From an uncultured Candidatus Saccharibacteria bacterium (lineage in GTDB: Bacteria; Patescibacteriota; Minisyncoccia; Phycocordibacterales; UBA9973): 42,963 bases of DNA. Below are positions 9,283 through 17,032 of this stretch, piece after piece (within the stretch, counting starts at the first letter, position 1; the number at the start of each line of letters is the position of its first letter). The notes below the pieces were generated by a model. The model was given only the letters and a program-made list of their open reading frames with translations, was not told the DNA's origin and did not search any database. Made by a program: the position numbers and the translations under genes. The stretch is from contig CAYXTA010000005.1 in assembly GCA_964468315.1 (NCBI GenBank), forward strand, positions 1 to 42,963. The letters are read 5' to 3'.

Positions 9283-9783
9283 TTAAATAACGCAATCCAC
9301 CCTTATATAATCTAGTGTTTTGTATTCTTTTGTCGTATCAGGAATGAGCATATTCTTGCCTTCTATCAAAGGGTAACGCAACTTCTGTAAAATGTCTTTT
9401 TTTACTAAATATATTTCTTTTTCTTTATTCGCTGAGCCTTCAATTACATAAGAAAATACAATATTCATGACATCTTTATCTAAAATCCCATTCAGACTTC
9501 CTTCATAACCATTCGTCATATCTGGACCAGCTTGTGTACCCTTTTTTGTACCAGTGACTACACTACCGGATACATTTATATCTATCGTCTCGCTCACTTT
9601 GTATGGTTCGTCTTTTGTCGCTTCGTGTTTATAGGCAAAACAATTCCTTCCTTCTATTTTTTCTTCTACCACAGGCGATACTTTTATTTCTTCTGTAGGT
9701 GCTATTACTTTTTTATTTTTTAAAAATATTCCAGAAGCGATAATCAGAACGATAAGCACAATAAACAAAATAGCTTTTTTCAT
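9283..9783 (-). CDS. Membrane-anchored hypothetical protein, paralog of the 6576-7310 N-domain
   Basis: TM anchor, then C..VTG..EG..NKE..DC. Confidence 0.7.
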   Translation of the reverse strand: MKKAILFIVLIVLIIASGIFLKNKKVIAPTEEIKVSPVVEEKIEGRNCFAYKHEATKDEPYKVSETIDINVSGSVVTGTKKGTQAGPDMTNGYEGSLNGILDKDVMNIVFSYVIEGSANKEKEIYLVKKDILQKLRYPLIEGKNMLIPDTTKEYKTLDYIRVDCVI

Positions 9784-9800
9784 ATATACATTATACCACC

Positions 9801-9833
9801 AAATAAAAATCCCCGTTTAGGGGATTTTTATTT
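9801..9833 (-). terminator. Intrinsic terminator
   Basis: AAATAAAAATCCCC-gttta-GGGGATTTTTATTT 14-bp stem at the stop of 9833-10081. Confidence 0.8.
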
Positions 9834-10081
9834 TATTTTTTCCAACGAGGGGCGAAGCGTATCATCCAAGTATAAAACTTTGCCAAGATAAATGGAGTTC
9901 CATTTGCTCTCATATTTTTATAACAAACTTTTTGAAATTCTTTTAGATCGTATCCGTCATAACACAATTTGCCATTTTTGAAACAATAACTACAATATTT
10001 ATCACTTTCTCTTTTTCCAGGATCTTTCACAAAAGGCATCATACAACTCTCGCAAGTATTACATTTTTTATTTTGTTCCAT
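9833..10081 (-). CDS. Putative zinc-ribbon domain protein
   Basis: CESCMMP...YCSYCFKNG and C-terminal PRWKK. Confidence 0.7.
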   Translation of the reverse strand: MEQNKKCNTCESCMMPFVKDPGKRESDKYCSYCFKNGKLCYDGYDLKEFQKVCYKNMRANGTPFILAKFYTWMIRFAPRWKK

Positions 10082-10118
10082 AATTTGATTATACCACGCA
10101 AAAGGTTATACTAATTAA

Positions 10119-10355
10119 ATGGAAAATGAAGACGAAGAAGTAATAACGAAAGACGCTCATGGCAATATTCTCGCAAATGGCGACAGTGTAATCGTGATAA
10201 AAGATTTGAAAGTGAAAGGCACTTCATCTACCCTCAAACAAGGCACAAAAATAAAAAACATTCGCCTCACTGGTGATGAAGAATTGATAGAATGCAGTGC
10301 CGATGGCATGAAAGGCCTCGTCCTCCGTACTGAATTTTTGAAGAAGAGTAATTAA
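10119..10355 (+). CDS. PhnA/YjdM C-terminal-domain protein
   Basis: DAHGNILANGDSVIVIKDLKVKG...KQGTKIKNIRL; no N-terminal zinc ribbon. Confidence 0.85.
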   Translation: MENEDEEVITKDAHGNILANGDSVIVIKDLKVKGTSSTLKQGTKIKNIRLTGDEELIECSADGMKGLVLRTEFLKKSN

Positions 10356-10366
10356 TTATTTATCTA

Positions 10367-10408
10367 AAACAATATCCTTACAAACTCCAGTATGTAAGGA
10401 TATTGTTT
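10367..10408. repeat. 16-bp perfect inverted repeat; copy 1 of a 31-bp direct repeat (10374-10404)
   Basis: AAACAATATCCTTACA-aactccagta-TGTAAGGATATTGTTT. Confidence 0.9.
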
Positions 10409-10415
10409 GTTAAAG

Positions 10416-10706
10416 TTATTGAGTGAGGTTTTGAAATGCTTTGAGAAAATTATAAAAAGTCTTTCCATATGGAGACAATGAATGCTCTACAAATCGGCCT
10501 TTGTACTTTTTATTTACCAAACCAGCAACACATAAACGTCGAGTATGCTCACCTATTGTCTTTGGATTAGCATCGAGCGTATTAATAATCTGATAGAGCG
10601 TAATACCATTTTTTTTTCCTATTAATAATAAAATCTCAATACGATGATGGTTTGACATGCCTTTCAAATGTCGCTCCATTTGTTTTGCAGTTTTTAATTT
10701 TGTCAT
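10416..10706 (-). CDS. ArsR-like winged-helix regulator
   Basis: HLKGMSNHHRIEILLLI...IGEHTRRLCVAGLV.K. Confidence 0.8.
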   Translation of the reverse strand: MTKLKTAKQMERHLKGMSNHHRIEILLLIGKKNGITLYQIINTLDANPKTIGEHTRRLCVAGLVNKKYKGRFVEHSLSPYGKTFYNFLKAFQNLTQ

Positions 10707-10725
10707 ACTTATATTATATTACGAC

Positions 10726-10756
10726 ATCCTGACAAACTCCAGTATGTAAGTATGTT
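10726..10756. repeat. Copy 2 of the 31-bp direct repeat bracketing the ArsR-like gene
   Basis: ATCCTGACAAACTCCAGTATGTAAGTATGTT vs ATCCTTACAAACTCCAGTATGTAAGGATATT: 28/31 identical, 19-nt exact core. Confidence 0.9.
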
Positions 10757-10758
10757 AA

Positions 10759-11022
10759 TTAAAGGAAAACTTCCAGCGCGCCTTCCCCGCCGTCTTGGAT
10801 CTTTGACTGGTTGTAATGCACTCCGCGAGCATTCAAATAATTCCGTACAAAGCTTGGTAATACGGGACCATTCTCACTATTCTTGCCTTTACCAGTGATT
10901 ATACGCACATGTTTATATTTCATTTCCTTAAACAACGCATTCAAAATATCCTCCGCCTCATGCATCGTGTGCCCATGTAGATCAATCTCCACCTCCGCCT
11001 TTTGTTCGTATTTGTTTGGCAT
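10759..11022 (-). CDS. Stand-alone Smr/MutS2 domain protein
   Basis: IDLHG, IITGKGKNS, GGEGALEV. Confidence 0.9.
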   Translation of the reverse strand: MPNKYEQKAEVEIDLHGHTMHEAEDILNALFKEMKYKHVRIITGKGKNSENGPVLPSFVRNYLNARGVHYNQSKIQDGGEGALEVFL

Positions 11023-11023
11023 T

Positions 11024-11803
11024 TTAATTAATTAATTTTATTTTTTCTATTTTTGGATAGAGTGGTTTGTTATTAAAAGTAACTTTGTAAGAAGAGTGCC
11101 TATGTATTCCTTCTAGTGAGTTAATATACGCAAAGTACTTTAAAGTGAATTTACTTTCACTTTTTGAATATAACTCGAAGCAAACTTTCCACTCGTTATC
11201 AGCTTTATTTTCATATTTAAAAATTCTGATAATTTCCTTTTGTCCTTTTGCTTGAAACATTGTAATGCCACCTCCTTTTACATTAGTACGTGCGACTTTT
11301 CCTTTATTAAAACCAAAGTCAGTTTTCTTAATACCTTTTGCTGCTTTTTTAGCTCCTTTATCAACATTATTTAAAATTTCACTTTCTTTTCCTTTATGCC
11401 ATCTAACTTCTAGAGCAGCTGAGACTTTTTGTCGTGCAGATAAAAATTCATTCCAAAGATCAGAATTATCTACTGGTCTACCGTCTCTATTTTTCCATTT
11501 ATCTTTTTTCCAATAATTTGCCCTTTGTTGATTATCATAAACATACTGAGAATCTGTTATAATAAGAATATGATTTATTCTAATACGCTCGACTTCTTTA
11601 CGAGCAAATTTAAAAGCTTCAATACAAGCTTTTAGTTCCATTCTATTGTTTGTTGTTTCTCCGTATGCACCACTACACACTTCATAACTTTCAATATCAA
11701 AAGAATCAGGATATTCAGCAAAAACAGAATAGCCGCCTTCGTGGCCTGGGTTTCGATAAGCAGAACCATCAACATATAATTTTAAAGCATGTGGTTCATT
11801 CAT
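11024..11803 (-). CDS. Ribonuclease HI family protein with a C-terminal extension
   Basis: YVDGS, TNNRMEL, ITDSQYV, N.DLW, WHKG, N..VDK; about 100 extra residues at the C-terminus. Confidence 0.85.
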   Translation of the reverse strand: MNEPHALKLYVDGSAYRNPGHEGGYSVFAEYPDSFDIESYEVCSGAYGETTNNRMELKACIEAFKFARKEVERIRINHILIITDSQYVYDNQQRANYWKKDKWKNRDGRPVDNSDLWNEFLSARQKVSAALEVRWHKGKESEILNNVDKGAKKAAKGIKKTDFGFNKGKVARTNVKGGGITMFQAKGQKEIIRIFKYENKADNEWKVCFELYSKSESKFTLKYFAYINSLEGIHRHSSYKVTFNNKPLYPKIEKIKLIN

Positions 11804-11814
11804 AATTTGGTAAT

Positions 11815-12588
11815 CTATTTTTCCGCTCTTTTTTGAGCATTTTTAAATCTATCAAGACTCATTAGTTCATTTTTTAAACGATGGTTTTCTATTTCAAGTT
11901 CTTTTAAACGAGGAATGAAGTCATCTGTAAATTTTATTACCCCAAGATTTTGATTCACTCCATAAAATAAATCCATTAGACCCATAGCGATATTACCGAT
12001 CTGCCAAAGGTCTGTTTTCACAAGATACTCATCTTCAATATCAAAAAATGGAGTAACAAATTTCCAATTTTCATCATCAAGTCTAAAGTTATTGTGTGCA
12101 TAAATTATATTAGAGTGAGCAGTAGATTTATTTATTTCACTTTTCATATTTTTTATGGCATCTGACCCTTTTTTAAAATTATCTTCCAACCACTTATATC
12201 TTTTATTTGTAAGTTCTTGTGAAGAATTGATAATTCCATTTTCGTCAACACCAGCAAAACCACTTTGGTTTGGATTAGAAATTGCATATGCGGCACAGGA
12301 TCCCGCCTCAAGTTCTTGACGTAAATCCATCATTGCTTGAATGTGATGCAATCTAAGAGTAGAAAAAATTGCAAGAGTATTGTGCTTTTTTATCTGTGCC
12401 ATGAACATTGCAAAAATAAAACACTCAGGATCTATAGATTTAATAAATTCTCCAAGTAAATTATTAAATTCAACTGCATTTTTAAAATAAGATCCGTAGC
12501 GTTCTTCGCCAAATAAAATCATTTGTTTTTCACTTTCTAGAATATCTTCGACTGTTTCTTGTTTAAATTCCATTATTTTATTCTTCAT
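11815..12588 (-). CDS. Hypothetical protein, HEPN-like (DUF5677-like)
   Basis: All-helical character with LRQELE and KSTAHSN motifs; family assignment is inference. Confidence 0.5.
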   Translation of the reverse strand: MKNKIMEFKQETVEDILESEKQMILFGEERYGSYFKNAVEFNNLLGEFIKSIDPECFIFAMFMAQIKKHNTLAIFSTLRLHHIQAMMDLRQELEAGSCAAYAISNPNQSGFAGVDENGIINSSQELTNKRYKWLEDNFKKGSDAIKNMKSEINKSTAHSNIIYAHNNFRLDDENWKFVTPFFDIEDEYLVKTDLWQIGNIAMGLMDLFYGVNQNLGVIKFTDDFIPRLKELEIENHRLKNELMSLDRFKNAQKRAEK

Positions 12589-14608
12589 CTATTAATTTAA
12601 TGGTTTCTTGCACTATACCCTGCACACTATCCCCTTCTTCCGGAATTATAGGTTGATGGTTTTTGTTTGTACTTTTTGGTAACAAAATTCTTCGTCCGTC
12701 TTTTTTATCATAAAATTTAATCGTAACATTTTCACCACCAAGCAAAGCTACTACTCGATCTCCTGTTTCCCCTTTTTCAGCATAACGACATAAAACTAAA
12801 TCTCCATCATTAATACCTGCAAGATTCATAGAATCACCACTCGCTCGTACTATAAAGTATTGAACACCTGCTCTGATCTTGCTTTTCTCAACTGGTATCA
12901 TTTCTTCAATATTACTTTCTCCTAAAAGTGGCTCTCCGCAAGGAGCAGAACCAACCAAAGGGATACTAACCATTTCAACTGTATAAGGAGAAATAATTTT
13001 TTCTTTCTTAATTATTTCTTTAATAGGACTTATATTTCCTATTTTATCTTTAAAATACTTTCTTAAATTTTCATCACAGATATAAATATATGTCCCTTTT
13101 ATTCCACGAGTAAGCAAAGTTTTATAAATATTTATTACATATCTTTCAAGCTCATTTGGGTCTGTTATACCATTACGTCCATTAGTATCAAAATATTTTT
13201 CTTTATCTACTTTAAGTTTTTTATTTTCAATATCATATGAAAATTCTGGACCAATAATTACTCCAACATAATTCAAGTCATAACCTTGAACAGTATGAAT
13301 ACAGCCAACTTCATTTATTGCATTTGGAGAATTAACCCAATCCTGAGCTGTTGAATTCCAAATCAATTTTAAACCATTTATTTCAATATCATGTTTTTGT
13401 GTAGATCTACTTCCTGGTTTTGTATGCCAAGGCCAAGCATAACCAGCTACAACACGAGCAAGTTTATGTTTTTTATCTTTTTCTTTTATATCAGAAACCA
13501 TTTTATCTGCATTATCATAGATTTTAAAATCGTAATTTCCAAAATTATTTTGTTTTGGTGTTTTTAAGTCAAAAATATCTTCAATAAATTTTATGTACTC
13601 TCCTCCTGCTTCCACACGCATTTGTGAACTTAATTCGTATTTTTTAGTAGTTAACTTTCTAAAATCTTCTGGTCTCACATCTGCTGGTTTTATACTTTGA
13701 TTTTCATCATAAAAAAATATTTGGTGTTTTGAAGATTTCATAATCCAATCAAGCTGATTTCCGCTATTATCTAAACCTAATTTTTTATTTACTTGATCAA
13801 AAGAACCATAACCCATAATTCCCTTTCTTCTTTGTAATCTATGAGATTCGTCCACGATCAGTAAGTCGTATTGTTCTTTTACAACATCATTTGGTCCAAT
13901 AACCATGCTTGACTTTAAACCTTTTATTTTTGAAAAAACTTTACCAATAGTTCGACGAAGTGAAGACATAGGCACAACAAGTCCTATTTTCATATTCTTT
14001 GTTTCATCTTGTTCTTTTAAATACTTAAAAAGATAAGTCGCTAAAATCGTTTTACCTGTTCCTGGTTTCCCATTCACAACAAAAGTATTAAATTCATTTT
14101 TCTTTATATCTTTAAAAATCTGCTTAGCAATAAAATATTGATCTTCTGTAAGAGATTTATAAGGTGAATATTTAAATAAGTCACTATTTTTAAGATCTGC
14201 AAGAGTATTTTTAGCTAAACCCATTTCTCTTAAATTATCCCATGCAACTTCAAATTTTGTTTTATATTTAACTTTATCGTAGTAATTATGATTTTTTAAA
14301 CCACCAGTTAAATTTTGTAGTACATACTGACCATCAGCCTGAATATGCTGAATTAACCAAGATTCAATATCAAAAGCGGCAGAAATATTAAATTCTTCAT
14401 CTGTAATAATATGAATATCTTTCAATTTTCTTCTTTCTGGATTTTCAAAATGTTGTTTACTTCTATAATATGCATTTACAGTTTGACCTATATAAATTTC
14501 TTTTTTATCTTCAATAATATATACAACAGGCCAATTGTGACCAAATTTATATTCTTTTATTTGACTAAAATCTTCTTTGTTAAAAGGGAAAGTTTTTATT
14601 TCAGACAT
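12578..14608 (-). CDS. GIY-YIG nuclease + DUF2075 (Schlafen group 3-like SF1 helicase) + LexA-type S24 peptidase fusion
   Basis: VY..YIGQT..R..H; GKPGTGKT; IVDESHRL; QMR; HTVQGYDL; LLTRG; C-terminal VGSAPCGEP, GDSM, VTIK. Confidence 0.88.
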   Translation of the reverse strand: MSEIKTFPFNKEDFSQIKEYKFGHNWPVVYIIEDKKEIYIGQTVNAYYRSKQHFENPERRKLKDIHIITDEEFNISAAFDIESWLIQHIQADGQYVLQNLTGGLKNHNYYDKVKYKTKFEVAWDNLREMGLAKNTLADLKNSDLFKYSPYKSLTEDQYFIAKQIFKDIKKNEFNTFVVNGKPGTGKTILATYLFKYLKEQDETKNMKIGLVVPMSSLRRTIGKVFSKIKGLKSSMVIGPNDVVKEQYDLLIVDESHRLQRRKGIMGYGSFDQVNKKLGLDNSGNQLDWIMKSSKHQIFFYDENQSIKPADVRPEDFRKLTTKKYELSSQMRVEAGGEYIKFIEDIFDLKTPKQNNFGNYDFKIYDNADKMVSDIKEKDKKHKLARVVAGYAWPWHTKPGSRSTQKHDIEINGLKLIWNSTAQDWVNSPNAINEVGCIHTVQGYDLNYVGVIIGPEFSYDIENKKLKVDKEKYFDTNGRNGITDPNELERYVINIYKTLLTRGIKGTYIYICDENLRKYFKDKIGNISPIKEIIKKEKIISPYTVEMVSIPLVGSAPCGEPLLGESNIEEMIPVEKSKIRAGVQYFIVRASGDSMNLAGINDGDLVLCRYAEKGETGDRVVALLGGENVTIKFYDKKDGRRILLPKSTNKNHQPIIPEEGDSVQGIVQETIKLIDEE

Positions 14609-14610
14609 AA

Positions 14611-14958
14611 TTATAATTCTGTATATTTAGTATGTTTTCCTTTAGCTTTTTTTATAGGATATTTTTTACCATTTTTTTGCATTTTTAACATAAAAGCTTT
14701 TTCAATATCAACATCTAAATCATGAGAAAGTAATAAAACCCAGTAAAAAACATCCGCTAATTCTTCAGCAATATCTTTTTTATTTTCTTTTATATATTTT
14801 TTAATTTCTTCAGGAGATTTCCATTGAAAATGTTCAAGTACTTCACTAGCTTCGAGAGATAAAGAAATAGCTAAGTCTTTAGGATTGTGAAATTGCCTCC
14901 AATCACGAGCATCTCGGAAATCATTAATTACTTTAGTTAGAGCCTTAATTTGATTCAT
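14611..14958 (-). CDS. MazG-like nucleotide pyrophosphohydrolase (DCTPP1/RS21-C6 type)
   Basis: RDWRQFHNPKDLAISLSLEASEVLEHFQW, EELADV. Confidence 0.9.
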   Translation of the reverse strand: MNQIKALTKVINDFRDARDWRQFHNPKDLAISLSLEASEVLEHFQWKSPEEIKKYIKENKKDIAEELADVFYWVLLLSHDLDVDIEKAFMLKMQKNGKKYPIKKAKGKHTKYTEL

Positions 14959-15037
14959 AACCCCTAAATTCTACCTTATTTTAAAGCATTTTTCAATATT
15001 AAAATAACCTCAAATACTATTTTCACAAATAATTGAC

Positions 15038-15066
15038 TTTACTTACAAATGTAAACAGTATATAAT
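15038..15066 (+). promoter_or_regulatory. Candidate promoter with overlapping inverted repeats
   Basis: TTTACT-17 nt-TATAAT; TTACA-aa-TGTAA at 15043-15054; TGTAAA (15050-55) and TTTACA (15070-75) form an inverted pair. Confidence 0.55.
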
Positions 15067-15072
15067 GTATTT

Positions 15073-15124
15073 ACAAAGTGCCGAAAGGCTCCGAGAAAGC
15101 CCCCGTAAGGGGGCTTTCGATTTT
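15073..15124 (+). ncRNA. Candidate ~50-nt small RNA convergent on the MazF-like gene
   Basis: GCC-GAAA-GGC hairpin, then GAAAGCCCCC-GTAA-GGGGGCTTTC followed by gatttt; no ORF. Ends are estimated. Confidence 0.45.
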
Positions 15125-15517
15125 CTAAAGGAATTTCTTTAATTTCTCTTTTATTTCCTTTAACTGCTCGTCTGGTAATTCATATAACTTTCTTTTTAAT
15201 CTTTTAACACTGAGTAATTTTAATTGAGCCAAAATAGCTGAAACTTTATTATTATCTAAATCAGTAAAATTATAATAAAAGTCAAAATCTTTTTGTTTCG
15301 TAGATAATGGAACAATCCAAAACATATGATTGTTAAATTTCTTAATAATTAATATTGGGCGAGAAAAATTTTCACCACTACCATTTTGTTCATAACCAAT
15401 ATTTTTTCCTAAACTGCTCATCCACACTTCACCTTCTTTAGGAAAACGATCAGGTTTATTCTCTTCGAAATCAATTTTCTTTTTTAATTCATTCCAATTA
15501 TTAAAATCTGTTTCCAT
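15125..15517 (-). CDS. PemK/MazF-like toxin, no adjacent antitoxin gene
   Basis: GEVWM..LG.NIGYEQ, RPILIIKK, IVPLST. Confidence 0.8.
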   Translation of the reverse strand: METDFNNWNELKKKIDFEENKPDRFPKEGEVWMSSLGKNIGYEQNGSGENFSRPILIIKKFNNHMFWIVPLSTKQKDFDFYYNFTDLDNNKVSAILAQLKLLSVKRLKRKLYELPDEQLKEIKEKLKKFL

Positions 15518-15551
15518 ACTTAAATTTTAAAACATTTTATAAATAAATCAA

Positions 15552-16076
15552 TTATATCTTCCTACTATCATACGCCCAATGGAGGAGGGCTTGGCGTTGG
15601 CGAGGACGGCAAAAAATGTCCCCTACTCGGCAGTTTTTCTTTATTTGTGCAGTGTGTCGCAAGATCATGCGCCAGCGTTTTATTTGTCTTTTGTCTTCAT
15701 CTGGGATTCTACGCCCCATGTAATATCGGCAATACCATTGGAACCATCCTCTAGGATCTTCGGAATAAATCCATCCATTTTTCTTCCAGACAGAAAGTGG
15801 TTGGCTCGCATCCACACCGAAATAATTTAATTTCTTATCATGTTTGTCTTTCGCAAATTTTGCTTTTGTAAACCAATCTTTCGGAAATTCTTTTTTGCAA
15901 TCGCGCATGTAGCGTCCGCCGAAGACGCCCAAGGAAAGCATTTCCTTGGGCGTCAGGTCTGGTTTGAATTCTATATCAAAATTTTTACCCACAGGTTCAG
16001 TCAAAAAGTATGTATACTTTTTCTGCATCTTATCATTCACTATTACTTTTTTCTTTTTGAAAGGCATTTTATTCAC
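15552..16076 (-). CDS. Conserved hypothetical protein (DPRGWFQWYCRYY.GRR family)
   Basis: LTPKEML.LGVFGG.Y, W...GW....DPRGWFQWYCRYYMGRR, RQALLHWAYD. Confidence 0.75.
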   Translation of the reverse strand: MNKMPFKKKKVIVNDKMQKKYTYFLTEPVGKNFDIEFKPDLTPKEMLSLGVFGGRYMRDCKKEFPKDWFTKAKFAKDKHDKKLNYFGVDASQPLSVWKKNGWIYSEDPRGWFQWYCRYYMGRRIPDEDKRQIKRWRMILRHTAQIKKNCRVGDIFCRPRQRQALLHWAYDSRKI

Positions 16077-16327
16077 CCCGTTAGATAATTTTTAAGTCGA
16101 CTTTTAATATATCGTTTACCCCATGCTGTTTTTAAATATTTTTCTCTATGTGTAGCATCTTGTTGATTCAAACAAGCTTCGTAATATACTAATTCCATTG
16201 GTAAACGATTTTTAGTGGAAAAAACTTTTCCACTATTATGTTCTTTAAGTCGACTTTTTAAGTCTTTAGTATAACCAGTATAGAACAATTTATCTTTTTT
16301 ACTTTTTAGTATGTAAGTATAATACAT
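16073..16327 (-). CDS. GIY-YIG nuclease (UPF0213/YazA-like)
   Basis: YTYIL...YTGYT.DL..RLKEHNSG, A..REKYLK. Confidence 0.9.
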   Translation of the reverse strand: MYYTYILKSKKDKLFYTGYTKDLKSRLKEHNSGKVFSTKNRLPMELVYYEACLNQQDATHREKYLKTAWGKRYIKSRLKNYLTG

Positions 16328-16329
16328 AA

Positions 16330-16590
16330 CTATCTAATGGGGTAAACGCCCTCAGCTTTTAATTTTTTTATTTTTTCATCTCTTCCTCTGTTGTATTCAC
16401 CTATAACTCCATCACTACGAATAACTCGATGACAAGGAATATCAGGATTATAATTCTTTTTCAAAACAGAACCAACAGCACGAGAAGCATTTATGTTTCC
16501 GCTTTTACGTGCAACTTCTTTATAAGTCAGCACTTTGCCTTTTGGAATTTTACGCACAACATCTAATACTTTTTCTGTAAAAGTTTTCAT
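16330..16590 (-). CDS. O6-alkylguanine DNA alkyltransferase, C-terminal domain only (MGMT family)
   Basis: IPKGKVLTY, RAVG, IPCHRV with active-site Cys. Confidence 0.9.
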   Translation of the reverse strand: MKTFTEKVLDVVRKIPKGKVLTYKEVARKSGNINASRAVGSVLKKNYNPDIPCHRVIRSDGVIGEYNRGRDEKIKKLKAEGVYPIR

Positions 16591-17031
16591 TTACCTTGTT
16601 ATAATATAATAAACCAAAACTGCTAAATTCCCCCACCAAGAAATAAAAGATAGGATGAAAGAAAAAATTATTTTATTTTGCCAAGACTGTGGCAAGAGTT
16701 CTCTTTGTCTTCCTTCTTTCTCACGAGCAAGCAAAAAAGGACTAACAGAAAAAGAAAGAAAAATTCCATTCAAAAGCATAATAGGTACAGAGATAACGTG
16801 GAAAAGTAAAATACCAGTAAAAGGTACACCACGATAAAAAAATATTCCACCAATGATGACGAGGAACATTCCAATCCATATCAAAGGCTTTGTGACTTTA
16901 TGTGTACGAGTCGTAGCTTCTGTCCAATATGCTGATTTGCGTCCAAGGAATCCATGCAAGTCTATGACTATCACAGCTCCGAGCCCAATAATAAAACCAG
17001 CTAAAAGTATAAACAAAGATATTGTTTGCAT
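16591..17031 (-). CDS. 4-TM membrane protein, paralog of 27573-28163
   Basis: Hydrophobic helices; shared G.G....D, LIW, NG, SW motifs. Confidence 0.7.
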   Translation of the reverse strand: MQTISLFILLAGFIIGLGAVIVIDLHGFLGRKSAYWTEATTRTHKVTKPLIWIGMFLVIIGGIFFYRGVPFTGILLFHVISVPIMLLNGIFLSFSVSPFLLAREKEGRQRELLPQSWQNKIIFSFILSFISWWGNLAVLVYYIITR

Positions 17032-17032
17032 A

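Noticed and set aside
16308-16320. AGTATGTAAGTAT match to the ArsR-flanking repeat
   Set aside because: 13-nt match inside GIY-YIG codons (TYIL), with no dyad partner; likely chance.
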